This document shows positions 1-9,921 of a stretch of DNA of 64,000 bases, in pieces. The notes under the pieces were generated by a model. It saw only the letters and a program-made list of their open reading frames with translations. It made no database searches and was not told the DNA's origin. Position 1 is the stretch's first letter. The number at the start of each line of letters is the position of its first letter. Origin of the DNA: an archaeon (lineage in GTDB: Archaea; AGJL01; Methanococci; Methanococcales; Methanocaldococcaceae); the NCBI GenBank assembly GCA_024278985.1, contig JAJRSC010000014.1, positions 14,366 through 78,365 on the forward strand, in the 5' to 3' direction. Position numbers and translations under genes: made by a program.

Positions 1-1
1 T

Positions 2-493
2 GCAATTAGATTAGTTATTGACTTAAATAGATATACAAAATTCATTCTTACACCAATGAGAGGGCACTATAATGTCAATGGTTTCAATCAAGTAGCTTCT
101 TGGATTACAGGATATTCATATGCTATAGATTTCTCAAGAGGTTATCCAGTATATAATCCTGGAGAAACTTCAACAATTAATTTATTAAAAAGAGGAGAAG
201 TAGATGCTATGCTTAATATAGCTGCAGATGCTGGGGCACATTTCCCACAAAAAGCTATTGAACATATTGCAAAAATCCCATTAATCTGTATAGAACCACA
301 TAAAACACCAACAACTGAATTGGCAAATATTATCCTACCTCCTGCCCTTGCAGGAATTGAATGTGATGGAATTGCTTATAGAATGGATGGAGTACCAATT
401 GAACTGAAAAAAATAATTGAACCTCCAGAAGGAGTTTTACCAGATAGAGAAATAATTGAAAGACTCATTAAAAAGGTTAAAGAATACTTATAA
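2..493 (+). CDS. fwdB: Formylmethanofuran dehydrogenase subunit B, C-terminal part (5'-truncated by the window)
   Basis: Frame open from base 2 (AIRLVIDLNRYTKF...MRGHYNVNGFN...GTAYRMDGVP-like motif GIAYRMDGVP); these are FwdB/FmdB C-terminal motifs. Confidence 0.88.
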   Translation, partial: AIRLVIDLNRYTKFILTPMRGHYNVNGFNQVASWITGYSYAIDFSRGYPVYNPGETSTINLLKRGEVDAMLNIAADAGAHFPQKAIEHIAKIPLICIEPHKTPTTELANIILPPALAGIECDGIAYRMDGVPIELKKIIEPPEGVLPDREIIERLIKKVKEYL

Positions 494-496
494 AAA

Positions 497-518
497 TTTT
501 ATTTTTTTATTTTTTTTG
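497..518 (+). terminator. Oligo-T tract after fwdB, candidate archaeal intrinsic terminator
   Basis: Three T-runs in the 34-bp gap after the stop codon. Confidence 0.35.
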
Positions 519-527
519 GTGAATTAA

Positions 528-1229
528 ATGAGAGTTATTGGAATAATAGGATATAAAGATTCTGGAAAAACTACTCTTATTGAGAATATTTTAAAATATA
601 TGGATAATGTAGCTGTTGTTAAACATACAGTTCATAATATAGATATTGAAAATAAAGATACATTTAGATTTTTAAAAAATAATGCAAATCTTTCTGTTAT
701 AACATCAAATAATGAAACTGCTATTTTTTTAAATAAGTTAAATTTAAAAGAAATTTTGGGATACTTATCTGTTTTTCCTAATATTAATTTTGTTATAATT
801 GAGGGTTTTAAAAAAGAGCTTACAGAATTAAATATTCCCAAAATTGTTCTATTAAAAGATGATGAAGGAGATTTAATAGATGACCATACAGTTTATGTTG
901 TTGAAAATAACAACTACAATATTGAGGATATTGTGAATATTATTAAAGAAAAAGCAATAGTTCCAACAATGAATTTAAACTGCGGGCACTGTGGTTATAA
1001 CTGTAAGGGTTTTGTCAAAGCTCTTGCAAAGGGAGAAGTTAAATGGGATGATTGTGTTCTTTCTTCAGGAATAAAACTTGTGGTAGATGGGAAAATTATC
1101 CCATTGGTTCCCTTTGTATCTAATATAGTTGGAGAAACTGTTAGGGCAATGGTATCAACATTAAAGGGAGTAGATAATCCAAAAAAAATTTATTTAGAAA
1201 TAGATACTAAAAAATTAGGGAAAAAATGA
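528..1229 (+). CDS. mobB: Molybdopterin-guanine dinucleotide biosynthesis protein B with C-terminal Fe-S domain
   Basis: GYKDSGKTT P-loop, VKH and EGFK motifs; C-terminal NCGHCGYNC...C. Confidence 0.9.
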   Translation: MRVIGIIGYKDSGKTTLIENILKYMDNVAVVKHTVHNIDIENKDTFRFLKNNANLSVITSNNETAIFLNKLNLKEILGYLSVFPNINFVIIEGFKKELTELNIPKIVLLKDDEGDLIDDHTVYVVENNNYNIEDIVNIIKEKAIVPTMNLNCGHCGYNCKGFVKALAKGEVKWDDCVLSSGIKLVVDGKIIPLVPFVSNIVGETVRAMVSTLKGVDNPKKIYLEIDTKKLGKK

Positions 1230-1744
1230 ATAGGGAAGAGTTAATAAAATTATTAAAAGAAGTTGAATGTGTAAGATTTGGAGAGTTCATTTTATCATCT
1301 GGAAAAAAGAGTAATTATTATGTAGATATAAAAAAAGCCACAACAAACCCAAAAATATTAAAACTTATTGGAGAGATGATAGCTAAAGATATTAAAGATG
1401 ATAATGTTAAAGTTGCAGGAATTGAACTTGGTTCTGTTCCTATAGCTACATCAGTATCAATATTTTCAGAAAAACCACTATTAATTATTAGAAAAAAACC
1501 TAAAGATTATGGAACTAAAAGCAAGATAGAGGGAGATTTAAAAAGTGGTGATAAAGTTATTATAATTGAAGATGTAACTACCACAGGAAATAGTGTTTTA
1601 AAAGCTGTAAAAGAAATTAGAGAATTTGGTGGAATTGTTGAAAAGGTTTATGTAGTTGTTGATAGAGAGGAAGGTGCTGAAGAAAACTTAAAAAAAGAAA
1701 ATATAAAATTAATTCCATTAGTAAAAGTTAGCGAACTTAAATAG
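1226..1744 (+). CDS. pyrE: Orotate phosphoribosyltransferase
   Basis: FILSSGKKSNYYVD; RKKPKDYG; IIEDVTTTGNS PRPP loop. Confidence 0.95.
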   Translation: MNREELIKLLKEVECVRFGEFILSSGKKSNYYVDIKKATTNPKILKLIGEMIAKDIKDDNVKVAGIELGSVPIATSVSIFSEKPLLIIRKKPKDYGTKSKIEGDLKSGDKVIIIEDVTTTGNSVLKAVKEIREFGGIVEKVYVVVDREEGAEENLKKENIKLIPLVKVSELK

Positions 1745-3197
1745 TTTTTAACAAGTCCAAAAATTTTTTTGTTTTTTCTTTTTTAACTTTTCCATATTTT
1801 TCAAGTTTTTTAATGTCTATTTTATCCTTTAATAATTCTTTTATAGGTTCAATTAAGGCAATCTTTTTTAATAGTTCTTCAATCTCTTTCTTTTTAAATC
1901 CATATTTTTCAACTTTATCCCATCCATGAACAAGATATAAAGCTACACCTCCAAGATTCTTTAATGGAATTTGATATTTTGGAAGTTCATTTTCTAAAAT
2001 AAATTTAATACTTAAAACTTCATCTGGCTTAATATCATCATCTAACTTCATCCAATATAAAAATCCTTTTTCTGGTGTAATCATTATTGATGGGAATAAA
2101 TAACTTCTTGTTCTTTCATCAGGAGTTTTATATAAATAAAAGTTAAAAATATCCTTTGAGAATTCTTTTAAAAGAATATCCTTTGCAACTTCTTTAGAAA
2201 TTTTCTCTTTCTTTTCTAAAGCAGAGCTTAAAATTTCACTTGGATAACCATTAATATATAATCCTTCATTTTCTAAAATTTCCTTTATTTCCATTTCTTT
2301 TAATTTTTTTTCTTCTATACTTCTAACATCTAAAATTCCAGAGTAAATATCATAATTGTCATAAGAATACTTTTCCATAATTTTTTGATACTTATTTAGA
2401 GCCTCTTTTTCCTCTTTTGTTAAAATTTTATCTAATCTTTTGTTTATTTCATTTTCAATTATATCCTTATATCCTTTTAAATAGGATATTGTTAAAACTT
2501 TTCTAACATATTGGTCATCAATAATTTTATTTTTTGAATAATTTCTTTTTATAGATGTTATTATTATATTTCCATATTTTTCTTTTAAATATTTCTCATA
2601 GTTTTTATTTTCAACTTTTTCTCTTTTAAATTCTCTTTTTCCATCTTTAAATGTTAAAAATGAGATAGTATATGATGTTAATATTCCTTTCCCTTTTGGA
2701 TTAATTAAACTTAAAAAATCTTTATATGTGGAAATTAAATAGGCTGGTAGATCAGTAAGTTCTTTTTTATAACTTCCATCTAATGGTAAGTGTAAAAGAA
2801 TTCTTTTATTTCCTTTTTCATCTAAAATATGCCCAATAGCCAATTTATGGGCTACTACACTATGTTTAACTCTTTCTAAAATACTCTTTTTTTCTGTTGC
2901 AATTCTCTTTAAATATGAGCTGTATGTAGCTATCTCCTCTAAACTTTCACTATCACCTTTTAATTTCCCTATATTTCTATATGGTGAACCAAAACCATGA
3001 AATTCCATCTTATTTTTTAAATTTTGGAGAAAATTAAGATTCTCTTTTAGGGTATCTATTAATTTTTTCTGTTTTTCTTTATTTGGACTTTTAAGATAGT
3101 CCTCAATCTCTTTTTTTAAATTTATTGAATCTAAAAATTCATTGGCAGTTCTTATTAAATTACTTGATTCCATAAATATATCCCTTAGAGATATCAA
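1737..3197 (-). CDS. DUF530-family conserved archaeal protein
   Basis: 486-aa ORF between pyrE and cca as recalled for MJ1109-1111; FYLYKTPDER...LFPSI motif. Confidence 0.7.
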   Translation of the reverse strand: MISLRDIFMESSNLIRTANEFLDSINLKKEIEDYLKSPNKEKQKKLIDTLKENLNFLQNLKNKMEFHGFGSPYRNIGKLKGDSESLEEIATYSSYLKRIATEKKSILERVKHSVVAHKLAIGHILDEKGNKRILLHLPLDGSYKKELTDLPAYLISTYKDFLSLINPKGKGILTSYTISFLTFKDGKREFKREKVENKNYEKYLKEKYGNIIITSIKRNYSKNKIIDDQYVRKVLTISYLKGYKDIIENEINKRLDKILTKEEKEALNKYQKIMEKYSYDNYDIYSGILDVRSIEEKKLKEMEIKEILENEGLYINGYPSEILSSALEKKEKISKEVAKDILLKEFSKDIFNFYLYKTPDERTRSYLFPSIMITPEKGFLYWMKLDDDIKPDEVLSIKFILENELPKYQIPLKNLGGVALYLVHGWDKVEKYGFKKKEIEELLKKIALIEPIKELLKDKIDIKKLEKYGKVKKEKTKKFLDLLKTI

Positions 3198-4431
3198 TAT
3201 TTTTTATTTTTGGTAAAGGAATCTTTTTATTTATAATATCATTTAATAGTTCTTCAATATTTTTATACTTTCTTTCTGTAAATGCATAAACTTTACAATT
3301 TTTTATAAAAATTTTATCATACTTATTTACAAATTTTTTTACTCTCTCTTTTTTAAAAATATCTGGACCTTCCCTAAGTTTAACATTTGGTAATTCATAA
3401 ACCAAAAATTCCCAATAAATATAACAAAATTCATCATCTAACCAGCATTTACTTCTTAATATTCTAAATTCATGATTTTCAATAATTTTATTAATTGCTT
3501 TAGTAAGTTTTTCCAGTTGGGGATATATAATATCATCTGATAATTTTTCCCTAACTATTTTTAAAATAATTTCTTTTCCTTTTTCTCTATTATTTAAATT
3601 TTCTTCCACTTTTTTTATATAGTTGTTGAAAAATTCTTCTGATGGATTTTCTAAAAATTGGTTAGAATAAAATATAAATTTACAATAATTTTCTAAACTT
3701 AAAGCTGCAGCAACATTTCTATTTATATCAACAGGGTCATAAACAACTAATGGCTCATTGAATTCAGGTAATTTTACATTGCCATACATCTCATATATAT
3801 CATCTAAAATAATTACTTTCTTTTTTTTCCAATTTTTAGCATCTTTTAGTAAATTTAAAAAAGAACCATAATAAATTATTAGAAGCTCACAAAGATAACC
3901 AGAAAATCCTTTTGTCTTTACATCTGACCCATACAATCCTAAACTTTTTAAAAATGCCTTTAATAATCTAACTTCATCACAAAGATTTTCATTTAGTTTA
4001 TTAATTAAAAATTTATGATGTAATGGAGTTCTATCTACTGCTGAAATTATTTTTTCTCCAAAATCTATTTTATAGCAGGGTACTATATCTATTTTATAGT
4101 TATCAATATATCCCCTAACATATGGGTGTGAAGCATAATTTATTTCATATCTTCCATTTAACATTTCTATAGCCTTTTTTCCTAACTCTAAACCAATATT
4201 TTCCAACTCATCTATTGATGTAGATTTATCAAACAAAATAAAAATATCAATATCATAACTACCCTTTAAATTTGTGTTTCTTGCAGAAGACCCTAAAAAT
4301 AGGACATCAACAACATTATTAGGAGAATGTTTTTTAATTATATCTATTATTTTATTAGCTAACTCTTTAATTTTTTTATTTTCTTCTTCACTTGGTTTAA
4401 TTCTCTCTAACACTTTTTTTAAAAATTCCAT
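3160..4431 (-). CDS. cca: Class I CCA-adding tRNA nucleotidyltransferase
   Basis: GSSARNTNL..YDIDIF, YASHPY, DIVPCY, SAVDRTPLH, GFSGYLCEL. Confidence 0.95.
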   Translation of the reverse strand: MEFLKKVLERIKPSEEENKKIKELANKIIDIIKKHSPNNVVDVLFLGSSARNTNLKGSYDIDIFILFDKSTSIDELENIGLELGKKAIEMLNGRYEINYASHPYVRGYIDNYKIDIVPCYKIDFGEKIISAVDRTPLHHKFLINKLNENLCDEVRLLKAFLKSLGLYGSDVKTKGFSGYLCELLIIYYGSFLNLLKDAKNWKKKKVIILDDIYEMYGNVKLPEFNEPLVVYDPVDINRNVAAALSLENYCKFIFYSNQFLENPSEEFFNNYIKKVEENLNNREKGKEIILKIVREKLSDDIIYPQLEKLTKAINKIIENHEFRILRSKCWLDDEFCYIYWEFLVYELPNVKLREGPDIFKKERVKKFVNKYDKIFIKNCKVYAFTERKYKNIEELLNDIINKKIPLPKIKNIDISKGYIYGIK

Positions 4432-4484
4432 TGATATTTCACCTAAATATATAAATAATAGTAATTAGGAATTAGTATATAAAG

Positions 4485-5264
4485 GTGATAATAATGGATA
4501 TTGTTGATTATATAAAAGATGGATATAGGTATATAGTTAATAATCTTAATAAACTTATTGTTGGTATGGGTATTTATGGGATTATTGGGCTAATTTTTGG
4601 AGGACTTCAGGGATATATTAATATACATAAATATGACTTACATACCATATTAACATTTTTAAGTATATTTATATTTTTAATGTTAATAATGTTTATTGTT
4701 GGAATTCTTATAACAGGTTATTTAGTTAGAATATGTAAAAAAACTGTTGAAGGTTATGATGAAGCACCTGATTGGGATAATATAGGAGAATTGTTAATAA
4801 CTGGTTTTATTGGGATAATTGGAATATTTATATTATCAATTATATTCTTTATAATTCCTATAATTATAATAGCATTAGGAATATTTACCATGCCTATTGG
4901 ATTTATATTCTTTACTATTGGATTAGTTTTATTTTTTATTTTAATGATTATATACTACCTTTATCAGCCATTGGCATTTGTAAATTATTCTGTAAAAGGA
5001 TTTTCTGGATTTTTTGAGTTTAAAAAAATCTTTAAAAATATTTTATCTTTAAAATATCTTATACTATTATTTATTATATTTGTAATTACTCTATGTATTG
5101 GAGTTATATTTGAAATATTTATATTTATCCTATTAATTGTTAAAAATTCATCTTTATACATTATTATAAATGCAATTATTGAAGGAATACAATTACCAAT
5201 ATCTTTCTTATTATCTGTATTTACATATAGAATAGTTTCAAACTATTATAAAGAAAAAAATTAA
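4485..5264 (+). CDS. DUF4013-like polytopic membrane protein
   Basis: Several hydrophobic helices; GYLVRI...EAPDWDN motif. Confidence 0.65.
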   Translation: MIIMDIVDYIKDGYRYIVNNLNKLIVGMGIYGIIGLIFGGLQGYINIHKYDLHTILTFLSIFIFLMLIMFIVGILITGYLVRICKKTVEGYDEAPDWDNIGELLITGFIGIIGIFILSIIFFIIPIIIIALGIFTMPIGFIFFTIGLVLFFILMIIYYLYQPLAFVNYSVKGFSGFFEFKKIFKNILSLKYLILLFIIFVITLCIGVIFEIFIFILLIVKNSSLYIIINAIIEGIQLPISFLLSVFTYRIVSNYYKEKN

Positions 5265-5687
5265 TTATTTTAACTGTTCTAAAATTATTGATGGGCAGAT
5301 TTTTTTAACTCCTTCAATTTTTCCAAGTTTATTAAATATTAAATCAGAAAACTCTTTTCCATCCTTTGCCCAAATTTCTGCCATAATCATATGGTCTCCA
5401 GTAGATGTAAAGACCTTTTTTACTTCATCAAATTTACAAAGTTCTTTTGCAACATATAAAAATTTATCAGGTTCAGTATCAAAACCTGTCAAAGCCACAA
5501 CATTATAACCTACTTTAGAAGGGTCAATAATAGCAGTATATCCTTTTATAACTCCTTCCTCTTCTAACTTTTTAATTCTTTTTCTTACTGAACTTTCACT
5601 TGTTCCTAATTCTTTAGCTATATCTGTATATGATTTTCTACCATCTTTAAGAAGAATATTTATAATTTTCATATCTTTTTCGTCCAT
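5265..5687 (-). CDS. ptr2: Lrp/AsnC-family transcriptional regulator (Ptr2/LrpA-like)
   Basis: [39 protein letters not shown]; STGDHMI RAM domain. Confidence 0.8.
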   Translation of the reverse strand: MDEKDMKIINILLKDGRKSYTDIAKELGTSESSVRKRIKKLEEEGVIKGYTAIIDPSKVGYNVVALTGFDTEPDKFLYVAKELCKFDEVKKVFTSTGDHMIMAEIWAKDGKEFSDLIFNKLGKIEGVKKICPSIILEQLK

Positions 5688-5758
5688 ATTATCACAAAAA
5701 TATTTATTGTGTTAATTTATAATTATACAATAAATAATATATAAACGGGTAGTAATAA

Positions 5759-5956
5759 ATGGCTGTAAAAATAATTGTTGATAAAGATAAATGTATTGGC
5801 TGTGGAAAATGTTATGATGTGTGTGCAAAGGCCCCACTAATCTGGAAGGTAGATGAAAATGGTAAATATTATGCGTACGATACAAAATATTGCCATAACT
5901 GTAAGTTATGTGCTGGAAGATGTCCCAAAGATGCAATAAAAATTATTGTTTTATAA
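5759..5956 (+). CDS. 2[4Fe-4S] ferredoxin
   Basis: CIGCGKCYDVC and CHNCKLCAGRCP motifs; divergent from ptr2. Confidence 0.88.
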   Translation: MAVKIIVDKDKCIGCGKCYDVCAKAPLIWKVDENGKYYAYDTKYCHNCKLCAGRCPKDAIKIIVL

Positions 5957-6236
5957 TTTTCTTTTTAATATCATCTATATTAGCATCTAAGATTAATATA
6001 GTTTTTTGGCTACTTTTTTCTCCCTTGACAATTTTACATTTCTTTTTAAATATTTCAAAAAAAAATTTTATAATTTCTTTATTTGCCTTACCATTTTTTG
6101 GAGGTGCTTTAATCTTTATAACTAACCTATTTCTCCACTCATCAACTTTAACAATTTCATTTTTTTTAGCATTTGGTTGAACTTCAATATCTAATAGTAC
6201 TCCTTCCTTAGTCTCTCTTAGCATTTTTCCACTCAT
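5943..6236 (-). CDS. DUF167/YggU (UPF0235) protein
   Basis: VQPNAKKNEI...APPKNGKANKE...GEKSSQK. Confidence 0.88.
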   Translation of the reverse strand: MSGKMLRETKEGVLLDIEVQPNAKKNEIVKVDEWRNRLVIKIKAPPKNGKANKEIIKFFFEIFKKKCKIVKGEKSSQKTILILDANIDDIKKKIIKQ

Positions 6237-7674
6237 CTAATGGAATAGAATATTTTTTCTCATATATATCTCTATATATTAAATTATAAGAACAGAATGG
6301 AATAATTTTTCCATCAGGTAGGGCATAATGAATACAGCATCTTTTAACTCTTTCAATATCAAAGTTATATTCATCCATAAAATGCATACATCCTATTAGT
6401 ATCATTTTATGATGGAGCTTAACAACTTCACTATAATCTCCTTTTAAAGCACCAACAATTAAATTTAAGAGTTCTTTAATATTAATGGACTGTGGTAGAT
6501 ATTTAAAGTCAATGAATTTTTTTATATTTATTAATAATTCACCAGTTATTTTTAATTTACTTAACTTACCATCAATTTTATCAATATTTTCCTTAAGAAA
6601 CTCTATAAATTCATCTACATTAAAGAATCTTGGTAAAGGAACAATTTTATCATTATCAAGAAATATATAGGTTGCTACTCCACAATAAGGATTACATGTT
6701 ATTTTAGGTCTTTCTTTATTTGTAAGTTTCTCAACAAAAAGAGCAATATAGCTCTCAATAGTAACAGGATAGAAATCTTCTTTTAATATTTCTCCATTAG
6801 TTTGTTCCTCAACCATTTTTATAAAATCTGGAATTGTAATTCTTCCATTTAATCTAATACTTTCCTCAACTCTACCAACAAAAGAAACTGGTTGAAAGTT
6901 TATTCCTCTAACAACATCAAAATTATTAACAGCATAATTTATGATATCTCCAATTTCATTATCATTTACCCCTTTAACTAAAGTAGGGACTAAAACAACA
7001 CCATTAAAATTTATCTCTCTACAATTTTTTATAATTTTATCCTTTATAGGGAATAAATTTTTTCCTCTTGCTATAATGTATGGCTTTTCAGAGATTCCAT
7101 CAAATTGTAAATAGATGGTATTTAATCCAACATCCTTTAATTTTTTTAAGTAATCAATATCCTTTAATTTTATACCATTTGTTGCTAGTTGTATATCTAA
7201 AAATCCTAAATCTTTTGCATATTTAATAATCTCAAATAAATCATTTCTTACTGTTGGCTCACCTCCTGCAAACTGGATAAATCTTACTCCTCTTTTTTTG
7301 AGGTTATCTAAAATTTTTTTAATAGTATCTAAATCTGGCTCATATACAATTTTTGTTTTATTTGCATTGGCAAAACATATTGGACAGTTTAAATTACATC
7401 TATTTGTGACATCTATATTAACTAAAATACTATCTGATTTATGTCCATAACATAACCCACAACTAAAAGGACAATTATCATTATCATTATCATTTAAATC
7501 TATTTTATAATTTGAAAAATCTATTTTACTATCTCCCCAGTAAATATCTTTAAATGTTCCATGCTCATCACATTTTTTAATAATAACTAATTTATCATTC
7601 TCTTCAACAATTTCAGCAACTATTTTCTTTTTACATATTGGACATATTGAATAAGTTTTCAAAATAATCACCAT
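6208..7674 (-). CDS. tes: Radical SAM tetraether/macrocyclic archaeol lipid synthase (Tes/GDGT-MAS, MJ0619-like)
   Basis: N-terminal CPIC...CDEHG, CPFSCGLC, radical SAM CNLNCPIC, C-terminal CMHFMD...RCCIHY...PFCSYN; adjacent to DUF167. Confidence 0.88.
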   Translation of the reverse strand: MVIILKTYSICPICKKKIVAEIVEENDKLVIIKKCDEHGTFKDIYWGDSKIDFSNYKIDLNDNDNDNCPFSCGLCYGHKSDSILVNIDVTNRCNLNCPICFANANKTKIVYEPDLDTIKKILDNLKKRGVRFIQFAGGEPTVRNDLFEIIKYAKDLGFLDIQLATNGIKLKDIDYLKKLKDVGLNTIYLQFDGISEKPYIIARGKNLFPIKDKIIKNCREINFNGVVLVPTLVKGVNDNEIGDIINYAVNNFDVVRGINFQPVSFVGRVEESIRLNGRITIPDFIKMVEEQTNGEILKEDFYPVTIESYIALFVEKLTNKERPKITCNPYCGVATYIFLDNDKIVPLPRFFNVDEFIEFLKENIDKIDGKLSKLKITGELLINIKKFIDFKYLPQSINIKELLNLIVGALKGDYSEVVKLHHKMILIGCMHFMDEYNFDIERVKRCCIHYALPDGKIIPFCSYNLIYRDIYEKKYSIPLDEWKNAKRD

Positions 7675-7772
7675 AAATATTTTATAAAATATTTTATTTT
7701 TGTTATAATATAATTAGTTAGTCTATATTTAATATTATATAATATTCAATATGTTAATTAAGGTTAATAGTT

Positions 7773-8468
7773 ATGTTAGAGTATTATATTGGTTTAATTC
7801 TATTAACATTTGCAGTATATCAAGATATAAAAAGAAGAGAGATTGATGATATTATATCAATAGTCCTTATAATATTTGGACTTTTATTTGCCTTTTATAA
7901 ATTTTTGATTTTTGGAAATCTTTATTATATTATTATTTCTATTATTGGAGGAATTATCTGTTTTATTTTAGGTTATATAATGTTTTTATTTGGAGTTGGA
8001 GGTGCAGATGGAAAAATATTAACTGGTTTAGGAATTTTAGTTCCAAAATACCATACTCCTATTTATACACCAATAGGGATATTATTATCTTATAAATATA
8101 TCCCTACTTTCCCTCTTTTGGTACTAATTAATTCTTTATTTTTGTGTGTCTTATTACCATTTTATATATTTATAAAAAATATAATAAATGGAGTTAGACC
8201 AAAATCATTAAAAGAGTTTTTTTATATGTTTATTGCTGAAAGGAAGAAATTTAAGGATATAGGAGAATTTTGTATAATTTATGGTAAAGATAGGATTAAT
8301 ATTTTTAGAAGTTATGAAGACAATAAAAAAGAAAAGTATAATGATAATGATTTAGTTTGGATTTCTCCTGAAATACCCTTCATTTTGCCAATGTTTCTAT
8401 CTTATATAATAACTCCTATAATTGGAGATTATATCTTATACTTAATATTAAAACCATTTTTAGGGTGA
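7773..8468 (+). CDS. flaK: Prearchaellin/prepilin peptidase (A24, FlaK/PibD type)
   Basis: Catalytic YQDIKRREI and GVGGADGK motifs; C-terminal VWISPEIPF; multiple TM helices; 231 aa. Confidence 0.82.
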   Translation: MLEYYIGLILLTFAVYQDIKRREIDDIISIVLIIFGLLFAFYKFLIFGNLYYIIISIIGGIICFILGYIMFLFGVGGADGKILTGLGILVPKYHTPIYTPIGILLSYKYIPTFPLLVLINSLFLCVLLPFYIFIKNIINGVRPKSLKEFFYMFIAERKKFKDIGEFCIIYGKDRINIFRSYEDNKKEKYNDNDLVWISPEIPFILPMFLSYIITPIIGDYILYLILKPFLG

Positions 8469-8472
8469 ATAA

Positions 8473-9921
8473 ATGAATATATTGAGAGGAGGGAGGTTAA
8501 GTAATATTAAAGAAGATGTAGCAAGATATACAACAAGTTTAAATTTTGATAATTATATTTTTGAGGCAGATATCTTTTGTAATATGGCCCATGTTATTAT
8601 GCTTTATGAGAGGGGTATTTTAAAAAAAGAAGAAGCTGAGAAAATAATTTTTGGACTAAAAAAAATATTAAATAATGGAATAAATAGCTTAAACTTAGAC
8701 CCAACTTTAGATGATATACATATGGTTATTGAATCTGAATTAATAAAATTAGTTGGAGAAATAGCCAAAAAAATGCATACTGGGAAAAGTAGAAATGACC
8801 AGGTTGCAACTGATTTAAGATTAAAACTAAGAGAGGAAATATTAGAAATTTGTGGGCTTTTAATAGATATGCTAAGAGATATTTTAAATATAGCTAAGGA
8901 ACATAAGGAAACTATAATGGTTGGATATACTCATTTACAACATGCTCAACCTATAACTTATGCCCATCTACTTTTAAATTATGTTTCATCTATTGAGAGG
9001 GACATTAACAGGTTGTTAGATACATATAAAAGAGTTAATCTCTCCCCTCTTGGTTCAGGTGCTTTAGCTACAACAGGTTTTAATATAGATAGAGAAAGAA
9101 CTAAAGAACTTTTAGCTTTTGATGCCTTAATAGAAAATTCAATAGATGCTGTTTCATCAAGAGACTTTATTTTAGAAACATTATCTAACTTATCCATATT
9201 AGGAACAAACTTATCAAAAATCTGTGAGGAACTTATTATATTTTCAACCTATGAATTTGGAATAATAGAGATTGCTGATGAATATTCTTCAACATCTTCA
9301 ATTATGCCACAAAAAAAGAACCCTGATGTTGCTGAAATAGCAAGGGCTAAACTTTGTAAAATAAATGGGAATTTAATAACAACCTTGACAATTTTAAAAG
9401 CCCTTCCAAATGCATATAACAGAGATTTACAAGAAGTTACTCCAAACTTATGGGAATCAATAGAGATAATTAAAGATACTATAAAAATGGTTCACGGAAT
9501 GTTAATAACTTTAAAAATTAATAAGGAGAGAATGGAAGAATTGGCTAAATCTAATTATTCAACAGCCACAGAATTGGCAGATACTTTAGTAAGGGAGTTA
9601 AATATTCCATTTAGAACAGCTCATAATATTGTTGGAGAGGCAGTAAAGAAAAGTATAGAAGAAGGGAGAGATATAAAAGATGTGATAAAAGAAATATTAA
9701 ATAAATATAATTTAAAATTAGATGATAAAGTAATAGAAAAAGCTTTAGATGTTCATGAAAATGTTAAGGTTAGAGATAAAATAGGAGGTCCTTCACCAAA
9801 AGAGGTTGAAAAAAGGATACTGTCATTTTCTAAGAGATTAGAAGAATATAATAAAATTGTTAATGAAAAAAGAAATAAAATATCTGAATCTAAGAAAAAA
9901 CTTTTAAATTATTTTGAGTGA
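8473..9921 (+). CDS. argH: Argininosuccinate lyase
   Basis: HTGKSRNDQVATD, GYTHLQHAQP, SSIMPQKKNPD. Confidence 0.96.
   Translation: MNILRGGRLSNIKEDVARYTTSLNFDNYIFEADIFCNMAHVIMLYERGILKKEEAEKIIFGLKKILNNGINSLNLDPTLDDIHMVIESELIKLVGEIAKKMHTGKSRNDQVATDLRLKLREEILEICGLLIDMLRDILNIAKEHKETIMVGYTHLQHAQPITYAHLLLNYVSSIERDINRLLDTYKRVNLSPLGSGALATTGFNIDRERTKELLAFDALIENSIDAVSSRDFILETLSNLSILGTNLSKICEELIIFSTYEFGIIEIADEYSSTSSIMPQKKNPDVAEIARAKLCKINGNLITTLTILKALPNAYNRDLQEVTPNLWESIEIIKDTIKMVHGMLITLKINKERMEELAKSNYSTATELADTLVRELNIPFRTAHNIVGEAVKKSIEEGRDIKDVIKEILNKYNLKLDDKVIEKALDVHENVKVRDKIGGPSPKEVEKRILSFSKRLEEYNKIVNEKRNKISESKKKLLNYFE

Noticed and set aside
5672-5690. TTTTCGTCC Ptr2 half-site at the ptr2 start
   Set aside because: Only a half-site, fully explained by the codons ATG GAC GAA AAA
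7773-8468. flaK outside an archaellum operon
   Set aside because: A stand-alone flaK is already known in Methanococcales such as M. maripaludis
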